A stretch of DNA of 37,498 bases from a virus (Duplodnaviria > Caudoviricetes): IMG/VR virus record IMGVR_UViG_3300028129_000026, positions 1-37,498 of that record; one strand, 5' to 3'. This document shows, piece after piece, positions 1 through 7,579 of this stretch (position 1 is its first letter; each line of letters starts with the position of its first letter). The notes beneath the pieces were generated by a model, which worked only from the letters and a program-made list of their open reading frames with translations, made no database searches and was not told the origin of the DNA. The translations under genes and the position numbers were made by a program.

Positions 1-1
1 G

Positions 2-145
2 TGCTGACCAATCTGGACTAGTGTAATAAGGATTATTTGTATACCTTGGAATACTTACAGTTTCACTCTGTAATAAAACAACTGCTTCTTCTGCAGTAAT
101 TTCTTTTTTATCTAAAAGTCTTTGTACGATTATTGCTTTTGTCAT
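2..145 (-). CDS. Small hypothetical protein, 3' end runs off the window
   Basis: Not in the ORF track. Hand translation from the ATG at 145 gives MTKAIIVQRLLDKKEITAEEAVVLLQSETVSIPRYTNNPYYTSPDWSA..., open to the window edge and co-oriented with upstream genes. Confidence 0.65.
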   Translation of the reverse strand, partial: MTKAIIVQRLLDKKEITAEEAVVLLQSETVSIPRYTNNPYYTSPDWSA

Positions 146-160
146 AATTATTTAATATTT

Positions 161-184
161 ATAAAAAAATAGCCCTTAGCCTAA
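161..184 (-). repeat. Downstream arm of the long-range inverted repeat flanking ORF 193..507
   Basis: ataaaaaaatagcccttagcctaa is the near reverse complement of 533..556. Confidence 0.75.
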
Positions 185-192
185 AGGTTAAC

Positions 193-507
193 TTATTTTT
201 TTAAATTTACTTCTATTTCCTCAAATCTAGAATCACATCTTGATTCCATCTTATCAGTTCTTGAATCTACATATTTGTATAGATCTTCCGATGTTTTGTT
301 TAGGCGATCAATTTCACCATCAATTCTACGATCTAATAACTCACTCTCGCGATTTAATTGTCGTTCTATTTCATTAATGATTCTATGAATATCTTCAATT
401 TCTTCATATAAATCTCTAACTTGTCCTCTAGTCTTAAACGCATTATAAACACCAGCTATCACCAGCACTGCTAATACACCTAAAACGAATGCAATTGTTT
501 GTTCCAT
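193..507 (-). CDS. Membrane-anchored coiled-coil protein (104 aa), function unknown
   Basis: N-terminal hydrophobic helix (IAFVLGVLAVLVIAGVY) followed by a charged heptad-like region. A-rich start context. Confidence 0.75.
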   Translation of the reverse strand: MEQTIAFVLGVLAVLVIAGVYNAFKTRGQVRDLYEEIEDIHRIINEIERQLNRESELLDRRIDGEIDRLNKTSEDLYKYVDSRTDKMESRCDSRFEEIEVNLKK

Positions 508-532
508 AATTTATCTGTTTTTATTTTTATTC

Positions 533-556
533 TTAGGCTAAAGAACTATTTTTTAT
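533..556 (-). repeat. Upstream arm of the long-range inverted repeat flanking ORF 193..507
   Basis: ttaggctaaagaactattttttat pairs with 161..184. Confidence 0.75.
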
Positions 557-834
557 TAATTTCCCATTTGATAATCTGCAGGAGGCAACTCATCTAGTAA
601 ACTTCCTGGAGTTTTTTCTTCATATTTAGCATATTCAAATTCACCTTTAATATAATCATTAAGTGCTTTACCTTGAGACTCTGCTGAATTAAAATTAACC
701 CATGTTGCCACATCAACTGCTTCATAGACATAAGTTGCCCATTTAAAAACTACAGTTAAGGTCTTATCTGCAAAGTTATATGTTGCTGAATTAATAGTTG
801 AACTTGAGTAATGTGATGTTGTGCTTGTAATCAT
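556..834 (-). CDS. KTSC domain protein
   Basis: Matches the KTSC pattern: SSTINSATYN..KTLTVVFK..TYVYEAV....W..F.SAESQGKALNDYIKG.F.Y. Confidence 0.85.
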   Translation of the reverse strand: MITSTTSHYSSSTINSATYNFADKTLTVVFKWATYVYEAVDVATWVNFNSAESQGKALNDYIKGEFEYAKYEEKTPGSLLDELPPADYQMGN

Positions 835-851
835 TTGTCTATATTTAGAAT

Positions 852-878
852 TTATATAGACCAGAATGGTATTGTTTC
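852..878 (-). promoter_or_regulatory. Putative middle-type promoter GAAAC-N15-TATATAA
   Basis: One of 4 intergenic copies with an identical 15-nt spacer. Lies 17 nt upstream of the KTSC start. Confidence 0.65.
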
Positions 879-881
879 AGA

Positions 882-1628
882 TTAAAACTTAAACTTTGGA
901 ATATTAGGTTTTGGAATATTAGCCATTGCCCCCATTGGTTTTTTTGTAAAACTAGTAGGATTCATTGCTGGATTTTTTCTAGCAGGTGGGGTTTTAATCT
1001 CAGTAGGAGGCTTTGCCTTTTGTAGCTTAGGCCTATCATTATTTGCTGGATTTGAATCTTTTTGTGGCTTTACACCTGGCATTTCAATATCTCTATTTAC
1101 TGCATCTGGTGCTTTTCCATCAGGAGTATCAGGATCTGACCCCGTTGCACTTTCTAACATTTGCTCCATTAACCAATCCATTGCTTCAGATTTATTAGGA
1201 TCTTCTACTGGCTCTTCTTTATTTTTTTTATAAGAAAATGGTCTTCCTGGATCTTCTGGGTGCACAGTCTCAACCGTGTCTGCTACTGGGTTTTTTTCTT
1301 TCCCTACTTTGTCAAAGTCTTTATTCTTATCTGTTATTGCTGATTTAAGATCTAAACTATCTGCTTGATCTTTAGGGTCTCCAGCTGCGTTTATCTTATC
1401 ATTATTTTTAGCAGCCTGTTTATTCATATCGGCAAAATTAGAATTCGAATCTGCTAAAGGCTTTTGAGTACCTTTTGATGGCAAATTATCAAATTGTGTA
1501 ATATCGACTTCAGATTTAGTATTCTTACTAGTTTCTTTATCTGCTTTAATACTTAAATTACCTGAACTTTTAGTTGCAGCTCCAGTAGAACTATTTATAT
1601 TACCGTATACGTTTCCTAAAAGACCCAT
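882..1628 (-). CDS. Hypothetical low-complexity, probably disordered protein (248 aa)
   Basis: K/D/P/N-rich with few hydrophobic residues. Its start overlaps the stop of the 1234-aa gene by 1 nt (translational coupling). Confidence 0.75.
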   Translation of the reverse strand: MGLLGNVYGNINSSTGAATKSSGNLSIKADKETSKNTKSEVDITQFDNLPSKGTQKPLADSNSNFADMNKQAAKNNDKINAAGDPKDQADSLDLKSAITDKNKDFDKVGKEKNPVADTVETVHPEDPGRPFSYKKNKEEPVEDPNKSEAMDWLMEQMLESATGSDPDTPDGKAPDAVNRDIEMPGVKPQKDSNPANNDRPKLQKAKPPTEIKTPPARKNPAMNPTSFTKKPMGAMANIPKPNIPKFKF

Positions 1629-4600
1629 TAGATTTTTTTAATTTTTATACCATCGTCTGATAATTTAGATTCTAGATCTCGAATTGCATTAACAACAGGT
1701 TTTAGATTTACTGGTGCTGGTCTTGGTGCACTTCTTCTCGGTGCGCTATCACCAGTGATATAGTCTAATCCTCTTTCAACAATATTTCTACTATCTCCCA
1801 TACCATCAGAAACTGTATTTCCAAATTCAGCCATAATATCTCCAAGCTCTCCGATAGCATCTACTAAAGCATTTCCTAGGTCGGCAATTGCATTGTCCTT
1901 TCCAGTAGCACTTAAATAAGCTAATGCTTTAAACATTTTAGTACTTGAATCAATTGCTTCAATATTCATATTGTTACTACCATCTGCAATTCTTTCAACT
2001 GAAGTTGCAACAGATTTTAAGGCTCTAGCCTGTTTATCAAAACTAGATTCTGATAATGTTTTAAACATTCGAGTAGCTGCAGTAACTTTCTTAAGAGGTT
2101 GCGTTGCTATTTGAGTAAACGAGGCTGCTACCGAAACTAAAGGTAGTGCTAATAAAACTATTTTATCTGCGCAAGCATGCATAGCATACATAATTTTAAC
2201 AAAAGGATGGTCTTCTTCTTTTCTACCAAACAATTTATCAAAGAACCCTTGATTATCACCACCACCTAAAATTGAAACTACAGCCGGAGCCATCATTCTA
2301 AAGGCCATAGCTTGTTGCATATAAGTATCTACGGTTAACTGCTTTAGTAATGTCATTACTGGTACAATTCTTTCCGGCTCAACACTAGTCATTAATAAAT
2401 ATGCTTTAGCTATATTATTTAATTCTCTACCAACTAAAGTAGCTACAAGCGACATTTTAGTAAATGATTTAGACATAGAAGCTATTGCAACCGATTGAGG
2501 AATATAAGTATGTGCTCCTAATTGTTTTAAGAACATCATTACTGGGATAATCCTACTAGGATTTTGAGAAACTATTTCATAATATGCGCCGGCTATAGTC
2601 GATAATGCATCTCCAACTAATTCAGCCACTGGTGCTATTTTAACGATAGCTTTAGCCATAGTCATAAATGCCATTGACTGAGGTATATAAGTATCTGCTG
2701 TTAATTGCTTCATAAAATCTACAACAGGTTTTATTCTAGCCTCATCTACATTTGTCATTCTTACAAACGCATCAGATATTAACTTTAATCCTCTACCTGC
2801 AATATATGCTTGTGTTGCAAATGATGCAAATGATATAGCTAAATGTGCCATGTGTTTAGCAGTAACACCAATCATTTTTCTCATCTTAAATAACTTTGCT
2901 AAAACATGTAGTGGTTTTGTAGTAAATCCAATCATTGCACTTCTTACACCCATAAAAGCATTTCCAACTCTAACCAATCCATTTGCTGCAGTATCAATAA
3001 GACTACTTCCGCCATAGTTTGAAGACATTGTTATTAATGTTTGTAAAAACTTATTAATAGTCTTAACTGCGTTTCCAGCTAAAATAATACCTTCTAATGC
3101 TGCTGCTACAGTTCCTAATGGTTTAGCAAGTTGTGCTATTTTATTTCTTTTCTTAATTAAATCATCTAATATATCAAGTGGTCCTTTAGATTTTTCACCA
3201 CCAAAGAAACTTGCAATACCATCAACTAATCCTTTTACCGCACTACCAATTGCTGCAACAACACCACCAGCTGCAATACCTGCGGTTGCTCCTGCTAATA
3301 AAAGTAATGATAAAGATATTGCTGCAATACCACCGGCAAGTGGTAATAAATTACTAACACCTACTTCTTTCTTTAATCTAGCCAAGACATCTACAATACC
3401 GTTAATTGGCGCTAAGATTAAGTTTGTAATATTCTTTCCAATCTCTCCAAGATCTGGTAGCGCAGAGAATATCCATGCTACTGCAAGAATACCTGCTGCA
3501 ATTACAATCATACCAACAACTCCTAATACAATACCCATAGCACCAACACCTGATGTTGCGATTAATCCAATCGCCGCGACTGGAATTGCAAAGAAGAATA
3601 TAGCTCCAGCAGCTCCTAAAATCCATGCAAATGAGAATGGAGATTCTTCTGGAATATCGTCCGGTAAATAAGCAAATATATGTGCAGTCACCATAATACC
3701 AAGTGCTACTGCAATTAATCCAAGAGTTCCCATTCCTATTTCTTTAATACCAACACTCATAGATTTAAAGAGTATTGTTATTAATGTAAATGGAAGTGCA
3801 AACATTAATAGAGCTAAACCAGTTTGTAAACTCCATTTCCAACCCGGAGCCCTAGTCTCTTCTGGAAATAGTGTAAATACATAAGCAGCTCCGAGTATTG
3901 CAACTGCAACTAATACAGTAGCTATTGTTCCAAACGCTATTTCTTTTAAAGATGCACCTTTAACAGCTTTCATAATAGTACTAAAACTCCACGCGAATGC
4001 AACCATAGAAAGACCTACTATAAGTGACCATAATAAAGGTGGTGCTTTATACGTATCTGGTAATAATTGAAATACGTAAGAAATACCTAATATAGCTCCA
4101 CCGATTGCTATCATTGCTAATCCGGCGATCATTACTAAACCAACACCTTTCATTCCACTTACGCCAGCATCACCTAATGCTTTAATTATCATTCCGAATG
4201 AAAACGCAAGAGGTATTAATCCAATACCAATTGCAAGCATTCCTATAAATTGCTGCATAGTTATTGGTTGTAATAACTGAAGTGCTGCAGATGCTGCAAC
4301 TAGAGCTATAACCCCAACAACCATTGCCATTCCGGCCATTAATACGTTTTTAACTCCCTTAGCGTTTGGTTTTATTTTAGCATCTTTTAATGCTACTAGA
4401 ATTTTTCCTATTGATAATGCAAGACCCACCATTGTAAGTGATATAAGTATTGCTGTTAATGCTTGTGGCATACTTAAAGGCATTATAAGCTGAAATACCC
4501 AAGAAGATACAGTTATAACAAATGCCATTCCTAATAAACTTAATAATCCTGCGCCTGCAAGTGGTGCTAAACCACTCGAATCAGTTGCAGATACTTCCAT

Positions 4601-5332
4601 ACCTTCAAAGCCTGCGCTTTTAGTACCAATTGCCTTTGCTAATTCTTTTGTAATCAGACTAAAAGCAAATGCCACTGGGATAAGTAATGCCGCGATAACT
4701 AATGCTGAAATCGCATTTGCCGGTGTAAGTGGCACAATCATACTAAATATAAATGAAGTCAAAAGAATAGTTACTGACATACCAACAAGTGCTAAAGTAG
4801 CCACTCCAACTCCTGCTAATCCAGGGCCGGATTTAGAACTGGCATTAAATGCACCATCACCTTCCATAGCCAAAGAGCTTTCACTACCACTTAATTGAGT
4901 CGCAATATCTAAAAATGCTGGCACCACTAATGCCAATGCACCCGCTACTGCGATCACTGTTAATAATTGTCCTATAGAAATAATTGGTGTATATTGTATT
5001 AAGGCTGCTGCCACTGTAATGGCTACCATACTACCAATTGCAATCCCAGCCATTTGAGTAGCTTTATCTGGAGCAAGACCTTTAAATTTACTTGCATCAC
5101 CAAATTCTGTAGATGAACCACCGGAATTACCAGAATCAATTTGCTCTTTAATAAGCGTTTTAATATCTGTTAAAAGAATAGTCTGCTTTTTTAGCTCTTC
5201 ATTAGATATTACAGCTTCATCTCTTATATCTAAAGTAATAACATTTAAAGCTTTTGCTTCTTCTAATTGCTCTTCTGCAAATTCGGCTAACTTATTAGTT
5301 GGTGCTAATAACTTTGAAAAAATATTCATCAT
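1628..5332 (-). CDS. Tape measure-like tail protein (1234 aa)
   Basis: Long A/G/L/I-rich helical protein with repeated hydrophobic segments. Sits directly downstream of sheath, tube and chaperone genes and is preceded by GATATATA. Confidence 0.75.
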   Translation of the reverse strand: MMNIFSKLLAPTNKLAEFAEEQLEEAKALNVITLDIRDEAVISNEELKKQTILLTDIKTLIKEQIDSGNSGGSSTEFGDASKFKGLAPDKATQMAGIAIGSMVAITVAAALIQYTPIISIGQLLTVIAVAGALALVVPAFLDIATQLSGSESSLAMEGDGAFNASSKSGPGLAGVGVATLALVGMSVTILLTSFIFSMIVPLTPANAISALVIAALLIPVAFAFSLITKELAKAIGTKSAGFEGMEVSATDSSGLAPLAGAGLLSLLGMAFVITVSSWVFQLIMPLSMPQALTAILISLTMVGLALSIGKILVALKDAKIKPNAKGVKNVLMAGMAMVVGVIALVAASAALQLLQPITMQQFIGMLAIGIGLIPLAFSFGMIIKALGDAGVSGMKGVGLVMIAGLAMIAIGGAILGISYVFQLLPDTYKAPPLLWSLIVGLSMVAFAWSFSTIMKAVKGASLKEIAFGTIATVLVAVAILGAAYVFTLFPEETRAPGWKWSLQTGLALLMFALPFTLITILFKSMSVGIKEIGMGTLGLIAVALGIMVTAHIFAYLPDDIPEESPFSFAWILGAAGAIFFFAIPVAAIGLIATSGVGAMGIVLGVVGMIVIAAGILAVAWIFSALPDLGEIGKNITNLILAPINGIVDVLARLKKEVGVSNLLPLAGGIAAISLSLLLLAGATAGIAAGGVVAAIGSAVKGLVDGIASFFGGEKSKGPLDILDDLIKKRNKIAQLAKPLGTVAAALEGIILAGNAVKTINKFLQTLITMSSNYGGSSLIDTAANGLVRVGNAFMGVRSAMIGFTTKPLHVLAKLFKMRKMIGVTAKHMAHLAISFASFATQAYIAGRGLKLISDAFVRMTNVDEARIKPVVDFMKQLTADTYIPQSMAFMTMAKAIVKIAPVAELVGDALSTIAGAYYEIVSQNPSRIIPVMMFLKQLGAHTYIPQSVAIASMSKSFTKMSLVATLVGRELNNIAKAYLLMTSVEPERIVPVMTLLKQLTVDTYMQQAMAFRMMAPAVVSILGGGDNQGFFDKLFGRKEEDHPFVKIMYAMHACADKIVLLALPLVSVAASFTQIATQPLKKVTAATRMFKTLSESSFDKQARALKSVATSVERIADGSNNMNIEAIDSSTKMFKALAYLSATGKDNAIADLGNALVDAIGELGDIMAEFGNTVSDGMGDSRNIVERGLDYITGDSAPRRSAPRPAPVNLKPVVNAIRDLESKLSDDGIKIKKI
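2300..2750 (-). repeat. Three 61-aa (183-nt) repeats in the tape measure-like protein
   Basis: RIKPVVDFMKQLTADTYIPQSMAF / RIIPVMMFLKQLGAHTYIPQSVAI / RIVPVMTLLKQLTVDTYMQQAMAF. The anchor ataagta occurs at 2687, 2504 and 2321, an exact 183-nt period. Confidence 0.8.
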
Positions 5333-5384
5333 AAGATGTTCTAATATGCCTTATTTTTTATTGCAATGTAAATTGCATGTGGTA

Positions 5385-5392
5385 TATATATC
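5385..5392 (-). promoter_or_regulatory. Putative late promoter GATATATA
   Basis: Exact octamer 52 nt upstream of the tape measure-like gene. Confidence 0.75.
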
Positions 5393-5421
5393 AAGAGTCC
5401 TACAACAATGCAGGACTCTTG
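5392..5421. other. 10-bp perfect inverted repeat (hairpin) abutting the late promoter
   Basis: caagagtcct-N10-aggactcttg. It has no U-tract, so a terminator role is uncertain. Confidence 0.6.
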
Positions 5422-5455
5422 TATATATTAATCTTAATAGGCTATCGCTATCGCG

Positions 5456-5761
5456 TTACCCCATTTTCGGTATTGACATTTTCGGCATCTGCATGTTTGG
5501 CATTTTCATTTTGCCCATCATGTCACCAGCCATGTCTTTTTCACCTTGGTTCGCTTTTTGTTCGTTCTCTAAGTGTTGTATTAAATCTTTAATGATATAA
5601 TGGTACTCGTAGTATTCCATGTTATCAAGTTCACTCGGTTGGATATGTAAGTGTAGATAAATATAAAACTTTGTCTTAAAGAAGTTCTCCAGAGAGATCT
5701 TGAACAATGAAAAGAGATTTGACGCCGCCACGAAAGTTGATGGGGATCGTCTCCTCCACAT
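5456..5761 (-). CDS. Tail/baseplate hub assembly chaperone, C-terminal partner (gp51-like or gpT-like); possibly made by a +1 frameshift
   Basis: SLENFFKTKF..LHLHIQPSELDNMEYYEY resembles the gp51-like SLENYYKTNF..SLTELENM motif. Overlaps the upstream gene by 86 nt in the +1 frame. The start site is uncertain. Confidence 0.6.
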   Translation of the reverse strand: MWRRRSPSTFVAASNLFSLFKISLENFFKTKFYIYLHLHIQPSELDNMEYYEYHYIIKDLIQHLENEQKANQGEKDMAGDMMGKMKMPNMQMPKMSIPKMG

Positions 5762-6662
5762 CCCCTAGCATAACCTTCATTTCAGGTTGTAAACCAACTT
5801 TAAGTTGCTCTGCAATTCTGTAGATTAGCATGTATTTTTTAGGATCCCATCCGTTCATTTCTATCTCTAAATCGAATAGTCTCTTTTGGTTAAACGTTCT
5901 CCAGTCAACTGCAATATAAGGTGCAATTTGGATTAATGACTGATCTATATTTAGACCCTTTTCTCTTCTTTCTTTGATGTACTTAGTAATTTCTTGCATA
6001 GTACCAACTGTCGGTGGCTTCATCATGAACTCACCATGGTTTCTAGTTTTAATTAAAAAACCTTTACGCTCATTATCATAGTACTTATCAATTTCTGAAG
6101 GAATTGAAAAATACTGAAAGTATTCTCTTTTAATTTCAACTTCATGTTTTTTACCATCTTTAGTTTGGTGTTCAACTTTTAAAGTTGCCTCTGGTTCTGG
6201 AAACGTTAAGTCTCTAATTGATAAAATAAGTACAAATCTATCTTCTTCTAAAATATCCTTTACAGACATTCTAGATGTTTTAGAATTTACAGTTGTACAA
6301 GATTCTACAATAGCATTTAATTTATCATCGATATCTAATAAATTATTTTCATCCATTGTTGAGAAGTGTCTAATTTCAGCAACTTTTGCTGGTCTTATTT
6401 TAACAATGATATCATCCGGATAAAATCTACCCTTAGATGGCATTGTTTCCATATCTAGCTCGTGCCAACCTAGATATACATCTGAATGTTCAGCCTTTGT
6501 TGGGCCAAAATCTTTCATGTTAACTTTACCTAAGCCTTGTTCGTCAATTACAGCCTCTACTGATTCAACATTAACTGTAGGTTCACTTGTCTGGTTAACG
6601 CCTTCACGAGCATCTAACATTTTTGACAATTCTTCCTTTGAAGGTTTGTTTTGTTCTGACAT
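5676..6662 (-). CDS. Tail/baseplate hub assembly chaperone (gp26-like)
   Basis: MPSKGRFYP..VKIRPAKVAE...DRFVLILSIRDLTF motif typical of gp26-like chaperones. Located between the tube and tape measure genes. Confidence 0.7.
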   Translation of the reverse strand: MSEQNKPSKEELSKMLDAREGVNQTSEPTVNVESVEAVIDEQGLGKVNMKDFGPTKAEHSDVYLGWHELDMETMPSKGRFYPDDIIVKIRPAKVAEIRHFSTMDENNLLDIDDKLNAIVESCTTVNSKTSRMSVKDILEEDRFVLILSIRDLTFPEPEATLKVEHQTKDGKKHEVEIKREYFQYFSIPSEIDKYYDNERKGFLIKTRNHGEFMMKPPTVGTMQEITKYIKERREKGLNIDQSLIQIAPYIAVDWRTFNQKRLFDLEIEMNGWDPKKYMLIYRIAEQLKVGLQPEMKVMLGDVEETIPINFRGGVKSLFIVQDLSGELL

Positions 6663-6663
6663 A

Positions 6664-6885
6664 TTATTTTGATTTTAAGTTTTTTAAATTTTGTTTGATA
6701 TATGATTTTTGATCTGGTGTTCTTTTAGACAACTCATCTTGTATTAGTCCCCTAATAAAAGCACTTACTGAAACTGGACGAGCTTCATTTTCTAAAGCAT
6801 CGTTTAAAATAACTCTATTAATTTGACTGACTTCTGTTTCGGTTAGCAACACCTGTAGCTTTTTTGTAAGCTTTGTATTTTCCAT
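6664..6885 (-). CDS. Small putative ribbon-helix-helix DNA-binding protein (73 aa)
   Basis: Alternating beta-strand pattern KKLQVLLT, then a helix, then SVSAFIRGLIQDEL resembling CopG/RHH helix B. Confidence 0.5.
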   Translation of the reverse strand: MENTKLTKKLQVLLTETEVSQINRVILNDALENEARPVSVSAFIRGLIQDELSKRTPDQKSYIKQNLKNLKSK

Positions 6886-6934
6886 AGTATTTTATTATGT
6901 ATTCTGTTAATATTATAATATATTTTCTTTGGTT

Positions 6935-6963
6935 AAAAAAAGAGGAGTTCCTAGGAACTCCTC
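6935..6963 (-). terminator. Intrinsic terminator after the tail tube gene
   Basis: Perfect 22-bp palindrome gaggagttcctaggaactcctc (6942..6963) followed by U7 on the minus strand. Confidence 0.85.
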
Positions 6964-6983
6964 CTCTATTATAGAATTTATAA

Positions 6984-7541
6984 TTAGTTTAATTCTTCAG
7001 ACCATACATCTGATCTCCAACCAATTTCTAATGAAGCAGCATCTCCACTTTCGTAACTTAGTTCCGAAGTGAATCCGATACCAGAGGTAATAAAACAGTC
7101 ATCAAGTGTTACCTTTCTGTAGATGTCTCCTTCTCTGTTAAACTGTACGATTACAATTGTACCAACATAGTTCTTTTTAAGACCCATTTCTCCAGTTTCT
7201 GGATTATATTGAGCTCTATACCATTGTCTTAACGTTTTGTATAAATAAGCTTGGTTTGCTTCGTTTAAGTTTAATGAAAAGTTAACAGTTACATCAACTG
7301 TAGTTTCACCAATTGTACCAGCAAATGATCTGCTAGCAAATTTGTATTTTTGAGTTATTGCGTCAACTCCTTTGTGTAGACCATCAAGTCCAGAAATAGA
7401 ATTTATGTGCTGTAGTAACAATTCCTGTCCACCTACTCCCGCTGGTGGTAAAATAGTTACTTCGAACAGGTTAGCCTGTACTGGCTCAAAATTTCTGCCT
7501 TTCTTTTGTGTTTGATCCTCTGAATAATGTGGTAAAGCCAT
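6984..7541 (-). CDS. gp19: Tail tube protein (gp19-like)
   Basis: ANLFEVTI, a YKTLRQW..YNPETG motif and C-terminal LSYESGDAASLEIGWRSDVW. Directly follows the sheath gene. Confidence 0.85.
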   Translation of the reverse strand: MALPHYSEDQTQKKGRNFEPVQANLFEVTILPPAGVGGQELLLQHINSISGLDGLHKGVDAITQKYKFASRSFAGTIGETTVDVTVNFSLNLNEANQAYLYKTLRQWYRAQYNPETGEMGLKKNYVGTIVIVQFNREGDIYRKVTLDDCFITSGIGFTSELSYESGDAASLEIGWRSDVWSEELN

Positions 7542-7563
7542 ATCTTTAATTTCTTATTTTATT

Positions 7564-7571
7564 TATATATC
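7564..7571 (-). promoter_or_regulatory. Putative late promoter GATATATA
   Basis: Exact octamer 22 nt upstream of the tube start. Confidence 0.8.
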
Positions 7572-7579
7572 TAATTTTA

